From Macrostomum hystrix (lineage: Eukaryota > Animalia > Platyhelminthes), in the NCBI GenBank assembly GCA_950097015.1, contig CATNEN010000007.1:4030001-4094000 (forward strand): a stretch of 64,000 nt of DNA, in the 5' to 3' direction. Under the pieces are notes generated by a model that searched no databases, had not been told where the DNA came from, and worked only from the letters and a program-made list of their open reading frames with translations. Below are positions 51,072 through 63,485 of the stretch, in pieces. A program made the position numbers and the translations under genes. Positions within the stretch are counted from its first letter, which is position 1; each line of letters opens with the position of its first letter.

Positions 51072-54000
51072 GGGTGCCAGTCAATTCGGCGACAGGTTAA
51101 TTCGGCGACAACCAATTAGGCGACAAGTCAGTTCGGCGACAACCAATTAGGCGACAAGTCAGTTCGGCGACAACCAATTCGGCGACAAGTATAGATTAAA
51201 AACTGAAAAAGCCCTTTCGAAAACTACCTGCTTGCTACACAAGATAGAAATAAATAAAGTAAAACAAATTCGTGGGTTTATTCCCATTTTTGCTCTATTT
51301 GTGCGGAAGTGTGTGCGGAAAAATTCACAAGTCATTTGAGAATTCTTTGAATGGCTAAATGTACATTGTTTACAATTTTACGACGCTTTCACTACGCTTT
51401 CACTAATTTTGGATGACACAATGATTTAAATTAACGAATCATTTCTTTGAGTCTCTACTATTAAGTAGAGTATATTGGAACGAGGGTTATTTTTTCGTGC
51501 ATGTATCTGATAATAAGGCTAGCGATAGTGTACAGACCGTGATTGTGAAGGGTGCACAACAGTACAGCACCGTGCATTGAGATCTTTAAATCTCAATAAA
51601 TAAGGATACTTCTTAAATTTAAAAGTCAATAACACTGTGGCGCTAGATACTCCGCTGTCTGAATAGTCAAGACATCAAGTGTCAAGCGATGCGAGAGAAT
51701 TGTCCGCTTTGTACATTGCGAGTTCGCAAACAGCACGACGCGCTTCTATGTGATGTATGCGATCGATGGGTGCATCGAAAGTGTCTTCCTGGTAAGTAAT
51801 GTCTAAAACTTGGAGTCCACAAACATTATATTCCATACCGTACATGTCAATCTCTAATCTTTGTATACTCACTTTCTCCGCACTCCTTCATCATTCCTCT
51901 TCACTAGCCGAACATGCCATATCAAAGGAAAACTACAGTGAACTTCAGGAACAAGAGGAATTTCAGTGGTCCTGCCCTGGTTGCCAGCCTGGTTGCCAGC
52001 CCGCTGACATTCCCGCTAACATTCCTGATGACTTCACTACACCACCGGCCATCGTCCCTGAACCACTTGAAGATATCGCCCCGCCACCGCCACCTGACTT
52101 CGCCGGGCCACCAGCCATCGTCCCTGAACCACTCGAAGATATCGCCCCGCCACCGCCACCTGACTTCGCCGGGCCACCGGCCATCGTCCCTGAACCACTT
52201 GAAGATATCGCCCTGCCACCGGCTGTAATCCCCGCACTGCCGGCAGCTGACTTTGCCGGGCCGCAGCGGCACACCTACCAAGTGCTAGAAAGAAGCTCTG
52301 AGCGTAAGAAGGCAGTGCTAGTTGTCGATAGCCACTACACGTTCGTCGTTTCGCGAAAGCGAGGATCCAACACATACTGGCGCTGCACAGTCAGAAGAAG
52401 CAACTGTACTTGCCGTGCCACCGTTAGACAGACGGGCCAGAGCTTCGAAAACGGGCTTGTTGACCACAGTCACCCTCCAAAGTACCGACCCGAGCAACGG
52501 CTTCAGTTAAGAAAGGCTGTGAAAGAGCGGGCGCGGCGCAGTTTGTTTAAGTCTGCTCCACAAATTGCACGTGAAGAACTCGCCATCAACTATATGGATC
52601 TGCTCAACGATCCAAATCTGCCAAACCCAGAAAACCTCGCCAGAGCTGCTAATCGGGATCGGCAGAAGGACCGACCTGAGGAGCCCGCGAACGTCGACTT
52701 CCAACTGCAGCACGCTGCTCTGCCCGAAGGTTTTCTGGTCAAGGATGTTCAGGTAAGTTTTAGAGCCAAATTAATGCTTAATTTGCCATGGCTTATTGCG
52801 TTAATAATGTTATTGTAAAAATGATTGTCTTTTATTGACTTCCAAAGCAACCAGGCAGGCGACACTTGCTGTTTGCAACTGAGCTAATGCTCACTCTGCT
52901 GTGCCAAGCTGATACATGGTACATGGATGGCACTTTTTACGTTGTGAACGCACCGTTTGCACAGCTGTACAGCATCCATGTCTTCATTACGGGCCCAAGC
53001 GACAATAAGAAGCAGGTCCCGGTCCTTTTCGCAATGATGTCCGGGCGGCAGCGCGAAGACTATTGCCTGCTGCTCGCTGCTGTCCGCAGTCTTGTGCCAC
53101 ACGCACAACCTACGACTTTTGTCATGGACTTCGAGGCCGCTGCTTGGCGGGCCGTGAGGCAACTGTTTCCGCACGCTCAACTCAGAGGCTGCGTTTTCCA
53201 CTATACGCAGGTGCGTGTTTGGTAACAAATAGTTTTATCATTGTAACGTATTTGAGACTTTTACGTACTACGTAATGGCTTTCAGGCCATCTACCGCCAC
53301 ATTCAAAGTTCCGGACTACAAAATTTGTACGTTACCGACTTCGGAGTACAGTCTGTGTGCCGCAAACTAATGTCGCTGCCGTTTCTTCCACGCGAAGAAA
53401 TCAACCAGCAATTTTTTCGGCTCAGAACGTTAGTACAGCTAGAGCCCCTCCAAATTTTGTGCGACTTTGTGCAAGCAACCTGGATGCGCAGCACGATCTG
53501 GAGCGTGGGGGAGCTTAGCGTTTTCCAGAAGGACGTTCGTACAAACAATGACACCGAAGGTTGGCACAAGAAGTTAAATGCCCGAGCACAGCGAGGCCGT
53601 CTTCCGTTCTACCTTCTAGTACGATTGCTGCATGAGGAGGCTCAGCTAGTCGCAATTGAATCGCGGCTCGTCGCTCAAGGTGCCCAGCGAAGACGACAAA
53701 GGGCAAATTATCGCCGGCGGGACCTGCAGTACCAGCGCTATTGGGCCGAATATCTCTCTGGAGAGCGGACCGCAGAAAAATTGTTGGAGTCGTGCAGCCT
53801 GCTGAATGGCCCTTGAGTTTTAAATCTATACTCAATTTACTGAATTTACAAAATACTGAATTTAAACGTACATGTTGAGCTTGCACATTTTAACAGCTTT
53901 TTATCGTACAGTAGTACTATTTACATACATATGGTATGTAAGCTCTCGATGAGGCTCTCGATGTTTTTATGCGTTTTTACTTTTGCGTGATGACAAAAAC

Positions 54001-54352
54001 ATCTCGAATTGCTCGCTCACAAAAATAATTTATGCGTCGATCCGTTTGTATGTATAGTTTAAGTGAAAACAGGAGCTCGGAAAGGAGCATTACTTTTTAC
54101 CTAATTACAACGACACTCAGTCCGACGAGATTGGAGAATAATTATACCCAAATTATAGTAATACTCAAACAAAAACGAATAAATTTCCAGAGAATTAGTC
54201 ACTGATACAAGTCATGTCAAGTTAAACTGTCAATCAAAATAATTTCTTGCAGAACCCTACTATTCGCAGTCGCCGAATTGACTGTCGCCGAATTGACTTG
54301 TCGCCGAATTGGTTGTAGCCGAGTTGGACTGTCGCCGAATTAACTGGAAGCC
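51072..54352 (+). mobile_element. Complete Mutator-like (Phantom-type) DNA transposon, 3281 bp
   Basis: 9-bp TSD TTATAACTA at 51063-51071 and 54353-54361. Imperfect TIRs built from tandem TTCGGCGACA motifs (51072-~51190 and ~54265-54352). Confidence 0.93.
51689..53816 (+). CDS. MULE transposase with PHD finger and FLYWCH domain; 4 exons, 613 aa, apparently intact
   Basis: Exons 51689-51791, 51908-52752, 52848-53210, 53286-53816 sum to 1842 nt. PHD (CPLC..CDVCDRWVHRKC..WSCPGC), FLYWCH (TYWRC..C..H.H), YMDGTF (D), VMDFE (D), GCVFH and RTNNDTEGWH (E). Confidence 0.9.
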
Positions 54353-54674
54353 TTATAACTATTAGCTAGGCCTATATCTTCTTACCAATAACTTATATAT
54401 GTAAACAAATTAACAGTAACAGTAGGGAAGGCCGTAAAAAGATAAGATTAAGATTAGAAAGATTATGATCTATCATATTAATTAAGATAAAGGAGACAAA
54501 AGAAACTGAAGTCTAGAATTCTAAAATCTTAGATTTAGGTAAACTAGGCCCTATAACAGTATTTATTTTGCAAGTGCCCTGTTATTTTGCCGGCAATAAT
54601 TATTTTAAACAGAAACTATAAAATATTTGCCTGTCTGTTTTTAACTTAAGTCACATTTAGTACAAAATGCACTA

Positions 54675-55316
54675 GGGTAATGTATCATCAACCGAACAGT
54701 GTATCTTCAAAACCAAACAAGAATTTTGACTTCTTCCTTGGTCTTGTGCAAGACAGAAACAAGCTATTGTGTTTCACAGAACAACTAATTTGAAAGTTGA
54801 AGAAATTATCTACAAGCTGAGGCATGATGTGCAATGAAGCATTAAGAGGAAAGAAAGATATTTATGTTTCAGTAGAAAATTTTATTGCAAAAGCATACTT
54901 TTTAACAACATTTTTTCAGTACATACTTTAGATGAAGATTGTATGTGGTTGCTTGCCAATTAAATGACCATAAATGTAGTTATTTATAGAGCATGAAAAA
55001 TGCTTTCAAATTACATAATTCATGATAGTTCACTCCTTAAAATAAGATTAAACCACTCACTCAAATTGTAAAACCAAACATCAAATTCTCTGTTTGGTTT
55101 GAAGATACATGAAAATCATTGTTTGGTTTTAGATAAAAAGCAGGAATAACTTTTTTCTATTTGATAAAATAGCAAAAGCAGATACTTTTTAGAAAGTTGT
55201 AACTGCTTTCTATAACTTGGCTTTTGATTTATCATCATATCTTAAATAGAAAATCTGTAGCTTAGGTTTGAAGTTAAAAAAATACACATTCTTGTTTGGT
55301 TGATGATACATTACCC
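54675..55316. mobile_element. Non-autonomous MITE (~640 bp) with TA flanks
   Basis: TIRs GGGTAATGTATCATCAACC and GGTTGATGATACATTACCC flanked by TA. Internal AAACCAAACA motifs in both orientations; AT-rich and non-coding. Confidence 0.75.
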
Positions 55317-56026
55317 TAGCTATAGTCTATACCAACTTATCTTATAGTATTGGCCATTTATTTTTTATTTCTATATGATGCCACTCTAACACAATAATGT
55401 TGTTTTAAACCCTGTAAAATGATTTAATTCCTATTTTTTGAGCTTTTGTATGTCTAACCACAATTGTAATGGTTGAAATTTTGTTGCTGAATTAGGAGCA
55501 AAGATTTTATTGTATATAATTTCTGTAGTAAGAATGGAAATTATTTTAATCTATCTTAATGTTTCTTGAGAATCAAATATGTAATTTTATGGTTGTCAAA
55601 CACATAAGATATACAAGCATAACTTATGTAGTTCTTTGGTGATAACTCAAGCCTAAATAAACTTTCTATTCCTTGCTCTGTATATGTGTTTTGTTTGCAA
55701 TAAAGTCAGTTGTGTGACATTAGACTATAAATGTACAAACGTGTCTAGTAAATACCACTGGAATGGATTATATAAATAAATTGTTTGTCTGGTAGACCTA
55801 TATACAGTATAAAATTCCATAATGCTATTAAAACAGATTTTGTTACACAGCTGTATTAAATCCAAGCATTTGTATTCGATTTAGGCAGTCTAGCCATTGA
55901 ATGCATATAAAATTTTAGAAAAATGTGAGACAAATTTCAGATATTTACTAATACTTTCATGAGGGAACTTGGTTGACAAAAACAAGTCATCACTTTTAAT
56001 GGCATTACCTGCAACACATTGCAGTC

Positions 56027-56371
56027 ATGGCTCAGAAAGTGCAACTCACCCAGGAGGAGCTGGCCTCCAAAGAGAAGGAGGAATTTGAGACTGGGCCGCT
56101 GTCTGTGCTCACCTTCTCTGTGCGCAACAACACCCAGGTGCTGATAAACTGCCGCAACAATAAGAAACTGCTGGGCCGGGTGAAGGCGTTTGATAGGCAC
56201 TGCAACATGGTGCTCGAGAATGTCAAGGAGATGTGGACCGAGGTGCCCCGCTCTGGCAAGGGCAAGAAGAAGTCTAAGCCAATCAACAGGGATCGGTACA
56301 TCTCCAAGCTGTTTCTGCGCGGCGACAGCGTGATACTGGTGCTGCGCAATCCCCTGGCCTCGGGCAAGTGA
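56027..56371 (+). CDS. SNRPD2: Small nuclear ribonucleoprotein Sm D2, intronless CDS (114 aa)
   Basis: [73 protein letters not shown] is the conserved Sm D2 sequence. Confidence 0.97.
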   Translation: MAQKVQLTQEELASKEKEEFETGPLSVLTFSVRNNTQVLINCRNNKKLLGRVKAFDRHCNMVLENVKEMWTEVPRSGKGKKKSKPINRDRYISKLFLRGDSVILVLRNPLASGK

Positions 56372-56554
56372 GCCGGTGTGTCCCAACACCTGCTTAGACA
56401 CCTGAATAGGTACAGGTGCCATCTATAAGTTGCATCGTTCGACTTAAAGACTTAATTTTCTGTTACTTCTATTCTTTTTTTCACGGGGTTTTTATTAGTC
56501 TGCGCATATTGTGTATTGGAATGGCCTGCCAATCTAACAATAGTAGAATAAAAA

Positions 56555-56810
56555 TAATAGAATCCAAGCAAGATTTGTAGCTCGAATCGAAGCAAGATTT
56601 GTAGCTAGAATCGAAGCATGATTTGTAGTAAGAATCGAAGCAAGATTTGTAGTAAGAATCGAAGCAAGATTTGTAGCTAGAATCGAAGCAAGATTTGTAG
56701 CTAGAATCGAAGCAAGATTTGTAGCTAGAATCGAAAGCAAGATTTTTAGCTAGAATCGAAGCAAGACTTGTCACTGGAATCGAAGCAAGATTGGTCACTG
56801 GAATCGAAGC
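56555..56810. repeat. 24-bp tandem repeat (GAATCGAAGCAAGATTTGTAGCTA)
   Basis: About 10 copies. Confidence 0.92.
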
Positions 56811-57357
56811 AGGAGTTAAAGTTGGTTTTTGCTAAACCGACAGCCTATTGAGAATAACAACTTGCGACTTGTAGAAATCGCTTTAGTCGTCGTGTAAGTG
56901 CAAATTGGCACTTTTCAGTCAATGGATTGAAGTTCAAGTTCAAATTCCAATTTACAGTAATTATAAATATGTTTCTAGTTCTTTGAAGTAGTTTGAAATG
57001 TTTTTTATTCACGGTTTCATTTTGGGGTTGGCAACGGTTTCACATAATGAGTAATTGTCATATGAATTATGTTGGGAAAGTACCACAACTGTGTGTTTTG
57101 TTTTGCATTTTGTGCTTAAAATAAACAGCGCGATTAGTAAAGTGAGTCTACTCATATTACCGGTTCTTGTAACTTACGCTAAAGGTCTAATTTCGTCTTC
57201 CTATAATTCGTTCTTTCTTTAGAAATCGCAATTAAACTCGTGTCGCTACTGTGAGTAGAGTTTCATGAACGTTTGTTTGAAAATATATTATTGAGTCGCG
57301 CATCTTAAGACAATAAAAACAAGGGTTCTGATCTCACAAGACCTAATCAGCGCAGAT

Positions 57358-57895
57358 TATCCCAGATCCCCAGTTTCAGTCCACTGACATCCCATATCCC
57401 CAGTTTCAGTCCACTGACATCCCAGATCCCCAGTTTCAGTCCATTGCCATCCCAGATCCCCAGTTTCAGTCCATTGCCATCCCAGATCCCCAGTTTCAGT
57501 CCATTGCCATCCCAGATCCCCAGTTTCAGTCCATTGCCATCCCAGATCCCCAGTTTCAGTCCATTGCCATCCCAGATCCCCAGTTTCAGTCCACTGACAT
57601 CCCAGGTCCCCCGTTTCAGTCGATTGCCATTCCAGATCCCCAGTTTCAGTCCACTGACATCCCATATCCCCAGTTTCAGTCCACTGACATCCCAAATCCC
57701 CAGTTTCAGTCCATTGCCATTCCAGATCCCCAGTTTCAGTCCACTGACATCCTAGATCCCCAGTTTCAGTCCATTGCCATTCCAGATCCCCAGTTTCAGT
57801 CCACTGACATCTTAGATCCCCAGTTTCAGTCCACTGCCATCCCAGATACCAAGTTTCAGTCCATTGCCATCCCAGATCCCCAGTTTCAGTCTGAC
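57358..57895. repeat. 30-bp tandem repeat (ATCCCAGATCCCCAGTTTCAGTCCA[T/C]TG[C/A]C)
   Basis: About 18 copies. Confidence 0.95.
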
Positions 57896-58434
57896 AGAAT
57901 CCCGGATCTTGGTTTTGGGCGTCTGTTTTATTTTTGTCCTCCATACCTTATAAGAGTATTCCCAGATCCCAGTTGCCATTGTCCTAGAGGATCCTCATGC
58001 TTGTTGACAATGCACACTTTCCTGTTTCGAGGTAGCTGGCTAATGACAACAGCAGGTACATGTGAGCTGACTGAGCGAAGTGGGAGACTCGCGGAAGTGT
58101 CATATATTGTTAGCATGCAGCTTCAATTAGCTTCTCACCACGCCTCCTGGTATGATTTAAAATGTTTTACTTGTTATTTCTGAGAGAAGGCGGGTCATGT
58201 CTGGCAAGGCGATGCCACTCGCATCAATGTTTTAGAGATGCAGAATAGGAGCATTTCCAGTTGTGTCATGCAACACCTATTTGTCAGCCTGCCTAGTTCA
58301 GATCGTGTAGTTGTAATTCAGTTGGGCTGTTATCATCTCAGTTTCAATAACGCAGGTGTTGAATTTCGATTTGGGTTTACTCGTTGCATTTGAAACGATT
58401 CGGATAATGCCAGCCTTTCAAAAGGCAACATTTT

Positions 58435-60255
58435 GAGATCTCATGATTCCAATGTTGAGACTTTGATATCTCGTGTTTCCAATGTTGAGACTTTGATATC
58501 TCGTGTTTTCAATGTTGAGACTTTGATATCTCGTGTTTTCATGGGTGAGACTTTGATATCTCGTGTTTTCATGGGTGAGACTTTGATATCTCGTGTTTTC
58601 ATGGGTGAGACTTTGATATCTCGTGTTTTCAATGTTGAGACTTTGATATCTCGTGTTTTCAATGTTGAGACTTTGATATCTCGTGTTTTCATGGGTGAGA
58701 CTTTGATATCTCGTGTTTTCATGGGTGAGACTTTGATATCTCGTGTTTTCATGGGTGAGACTTTGATATCTCGTGTTTTCATGGGTGAGACTTTGATATC
58801 TCGTGTTTTCATGGGTGAGACTTTGATATCTCGTGTTTTCATGGGTGAGACTTTGATTTCTCGTATTTTCAATGTTGAGACTTTGATATCTCGTGTTTTC
58901 AATGTTGAGACTTTGATATCTCGTGTTTTCATGGGTGAGACTTTGATATCTCGTGTTTTCATGGGTGAGACTTTGATATCTCGTGTTTTCATGGGTGAGA
59001 CTTTGATATCTCGTGTTTTCATGGGTGAGACTTTGATATCTCGTGTTTTCATGGGTGATACTTTGATATCTCGTGTTTTCATGGGTGAGACTTTGATTTC
59101 TCGTATTTTCAATGTTGAGACTTTGATATCTCGTGTTTTCAATGTTGAGACTTTGATATCTCGTGTTTTCATGGGTGAGACTTTGATTTCTCGTATTTTC
59201 AATGTTGAGACTTTGATATCTCGTGTTTTCAATGTTGAGACTTTGATATCTCGTGTTTTCATGGGTGAGACTTTGATATCTCGTGTTTTCATGGGTGAGA
59301 CTTTGATATCTCGTGTTTTCATGGGTGAGACTTTGATATCTCGTGTTTTCATGGGTGAGACTTTGATATCTCGTGTTTTCATGGGTGATACTTTGATATC
59401 TCGTGTTTTCATGGGTGAGACTTTGATTTCTCGTATTTTCAATGTTGAGACTTTGATATCTCGTGTTTTCAATGTTGAGACTTTGATATCTCGTGTTTTC
59501 ATGGGTGAGACTTTTATATCTCGTATTTTCAATGTTGAGACTCTGATATCTCGTGTTTTCATGGGTGAGACTTTGATATCTCGTATTTTCAATGTTGAGA
59601 CTTTGATATCTCGTGTTTTCAATGTTGAGACTTTGATATCTCGTATTTTCAATGTTGAGACTTTGATATCTCGTGTTTTCATGGGTGAGACTTTGATATC
59701 TCGTATTTTCAATGTTGAGACTTTGATATCTCGTGTTTTCAATGTTGAGACTTTGATATCTCGTATTTTCATGGGTGAGACTTTGATATCTCGTGTTTTC
59801 ATGGGTGAGACTTTGATATCTCGTGTTTTCATGGGTGAGACTTTGATATCTCGTGTTTTCATGGGTGATACTTTGATATCTCGTGTTTTCATGGGTGAGA
59901 CTTTGATTTCTCGTGTTTTCAATGTTGAGACTTTGATATCTCGTGTTTTCAATGTTGAGACTTTGATATCTCGTGTTTTCATGGGTGAGACTTTGATATC
60001 TCGTGTTTTCATGGGTGAGACTTTGATATCTCGTGTTTTCATGGGTGAGACTTTGATTTCTCGTGTTTTCAATGTTGAGACTTTGATATCTCGTGTTCTC
60101 AATGTTGAGACTTTGATATCTCGTGTTTTCATGTGTGAGACTTTGATATCTCGTGTTTTCATGGGTGAGACTTTGATATCTCGTGTTTTCATGGGTGAGA
60201 CTTTGATATCTCGTGTTTTCATGGGTGAGATTTTGAGATCTCGTGTTTTCAATGG
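58435..60255. repeat. 30-bp satellite (GAGACTTTGATATCTCGTGTTTTC + ATGGGT or AATGTT)
   Basis: About 60 copies in two variant classes. The 622/603-aa ORFs are artefacts. Confidence 0.97.
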
Positions 60256-60994
60256 ATCAGATGTTCCAGTGGTAGATTTTGAGGTCCTCCGCTTATTTTA
60301 ACCTGATATTTCGCATGGTGAGACTTGAAACCCAATGATTCTGAGACTGTGATTATGAGAACTGATATTTCCTGGGGGTTAGATTTTAAAACAAGATTTT
60401 TCAAAAAGCGAAATTTCGCCACAGATTTTAGTGAGTCGTTTGCTCCTGTGTGCCAAATAGGTGTGATATAAGTGTGAGAACTCATGAGTTCAACTCCGTT
60501 TTAAGCTACGTGCTCAAAGCCTGAATAGAGGACTATTTGATAAGCTTATTTCGAGGCCCCAGAGCCATGCTGGGTCAGATTATAGGCTTATTGCCTTCAG
60601 CTTGCTTTTCAACGATTGCCCCGCAATTTAGGATAAACAGCTCAAATCAAGTCAAAGATAGTGTTGCTTCAGCTTTAATTCACTTTTTAAAATTTATTTT
60701 TCTTTAAAAAAGACAGTAAAAGCAGGTGCGCTGGACCCCGGGCGGTGAAATTGGAATTCGTGACTCCGAGTTGTTAATGCTGGATTTAAAATAATAACTG
60801 AGTAGAATTCTGCGGCATTTCTGGCGATCCAGAAACATTTTTAAACTGTGTGCGCTCAGTGAGTCGCTTTTTGGATTACAATGGGAGATTGTGGTGGAAG
60901 TAAGTGCAAATCATGCACATTGAGTATAGTCTGCTTTCAACAGCAATATGAGCAGTGTAACAGGTGTTTTGAGTAGGACCACCCGAGGAGAAGA

Positions 60995-61425
60995 GTAGGT
61001 CTTAGGGATCTTTTTCCCTACCTGAGGATTATCGAGTAGGTCTCAGGGATCTTTTTCCCTACCTGAGGAGGGTATGGAGTAGGCCTCATGGATATCTCCC
61101 TACCTGAGGAGGAGTATGGAGTAGGCCTCATGGATATCTCCCTACCTGAGGAGGGTACGGAGTAGGCCTCATGGATATCTCCCTACCTGAGGAGGGTACG
61201 GAGTAGGCCTCATGGATATCTCCCTACCTGAGGAGGGTACGGAGTAGGCCTCATGGATATCTCCCTACCTGAGTAGGGTACGGAGTAGGCCTCATGGATA
61301 TCTCCCTACCTGAGGAGGGTACGGAGTAGGCCTCATGGATATCTCCCTACCTGAGTAGGGTACGGAGTAGGCCTCATGGATATCTCCCTACCTGAGGAGG
61401 GTATGGAGTAGGCCTCATGGATCTC
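60995..61425. repeat. 41-bp tandem repeat (CCTACCTGAGGAGGGTACGGAGTAGGCCTCATGGATATCTC)
   Basis: About 10 copies. Confidence 0.93.
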
Positions 61426-61746
61426 TTCCTCAAGGAGAACAGTGAGACTGCATAAGTTAAGGTAGTAGTAAGAGTCGTGCGAAAGCGTTTGCGCTATTGA
61501 ATAAGCAGTGCTGTTAGGCAGAAAAGACTTAAGAAGCAAGTGAATTGAATAACACAACAATGTGGCGTACTATTCAGGACATAGTAATATTCAGTCACAA
61601 ATTCTACATTTAGTTCAATGAGCCTTCTTTGAAGACTGACATGTCGGCATATGTCGCATAGACATCCTGTTGTGCTATCTCAGTTGCTTCTCATGCTACT
61701 GAGCGGTAAGTAGTGCGGACTAAGGCATCAGTGAGACTCGCTAGGC

Positions 61747-63485
61747 TCACACATTTACTGACGCGGGCGATGACGCCTGGCAGCTGAGGGGCGAGCAGTT
61801 CGGGGCATTGGGATCAGTTTGGATTTCGCATTTCAAATCACTTCAGTAAGTTGCAAATATTCCAATACTCACCTGATCTGTCTGTCACCTCTCATGACCA
61901 GGTACCGATTGCTGCTGCTGAGCAACTTCTGCTGCCTGGAATAGAAAAAAGTTGAATTTGAGTCATCTGTGCACTGGTCAAAAAGACATGTTCATTGTAA
62001 ATTAGATAGTACTCATTGAACTGTGCTCACCCCAGGCTGTCATCGAGTCTAACTGACAGATCCAGCGGCTCCCAGCACCGAGGTCCGACATTCTCCGTGG
62101 CGGAAGAAGCTGGCAATGTGGCTGACTGGCCCGGCTGCAACTGGGGGCGCCGATCTCCCATCAGGGCCAACACGCTGAAGTCCTTGCTTGGCTGCTGGCG
62201 GGCGGTAGAATCCGCTGACTCTGGAACCGCTGGCAGCGGCGGCGGCGCCGGCTGATGCGGACGAGGGAACACAAGCGGTGGAAGGCGCGGGTGCGGCGGC
62301 GGCGCCTGCGGAAAAGGGTGCTGTCGCAAGCCTGCTTGTTGCAGCGATGGCGGCATCGGCAGCATAGACATAGGCGGCGGCGGCATGGACGGGAAGCCGG
62401 GGAAGGGCCGCGGCAGCCCTAGGCGCATCAGCGAGCTGTAGTACTGCAGCGGCATGCAGGGGACATCGAAGCCGCCGCCTCTACCGCCGTGCAGCAGAGG
62501 CAGGAGGGCGGCCGCCGCGAAGTCCTGGGCTGTAGCGGCGCCGCTGGCGCTGCCTCCGACAGCGGCGGCAGCAGCTGCGGCTGCGGCGGCTGCAGCTGCA
62601 GCAAAATTGTGCCCGGAGGCCGCAGAGACCGCGGCAGCGGCTGCCACTGCGCTGTGCGCATGTCGATCGTCCTCCAGCTGGTGATGAAGCAGCGGATGCT
62701 GAGCCACATGGCCGTGCTGATGCGACTGCTGAGGCCCGCCGCCCTGCCTGTGACCGCCTTTGTGCTTGCTAGGTGGGCATCTTGGAGGTGACTCTAGCGG
62801 GCCGCCGCCCCCGCCTACGCCGCCACCGGCCCCACCTCCACCTCCGCCAGCAGAGGAGGAAGTTGAGGTCGACTTGATCAGCTTGCCGACTGCCGCAATC
62901 GGACAGCCGGATAGGCTTCGGTGCGAGGATCGATTGCCGTTCACGTGACCCCGGCCCGTGCAGCCGATAGTTGGGCAGCGGAGCACCGTGTGCTGCAGGC
63001 CGAGCACTGGAAGGCGGGGATTGAGGCGCAGTGTCAGGATTAGTAACGCTAGATTGGCGGAGATGTGGCTGTTATTACCGAAGGTGCTACTGGTTTAAAT
63101 CAGAGCAATGGCCTCACTCACTTTCAGCCGTGTACTTGCTCTTTCTAGGACAGCCGCTCAGGCTCCTGTGGTGCGAATAGAGCCCCGTCACGTGACCAGT
63201 GCCGTCGCAGTCCGGGTTGGGGCACTTGCTCTGGCCGGCCTTGCCACTGTCGTCTCCGCTGTCCGCCGAATGTGGCGGCGGCGGTGGCAACTGCGGATAG
63301 TAATGGCGCCGACGCTGCTGCTGCTGATGCCTGTGCTGCTGCTGCTGCTGTTGCTGCTGTTGCTGCAGCTGATCTTCTGGCAGTTGGAGAGGCGATCGGG
63401 ACCTAGAACGGCTCAGTAACTGACGATGCAGCGGCGGAGACCGCGCCAACGTCGGCTGAGGCGACATCAGCGGGCTGGAGGGCAT
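61747..63485 (-). CDS. MYT1-family C2HC zinc-finger transcription factor with two fingers (~479 aa from the ATG at 63485)
   Basis: Exons 63485-63122, 63006-62031, 61935-61873, 61783-61747 (TGA), phases consistent. Fingers [26 protein letters not shown] and [26 protein letters not shown]; polyQ/polyA tracts. Further 5' exons are possible. Confidence 0.88.

Noticed and set aside
55937-56422. Minus-strand ORFs over SNRPD2
   Set aside because: Antisense shadows.
57357-60301. 195-, 622- and 603-aa ORFs
   Set aside because: Translations of 30-bp satellites.
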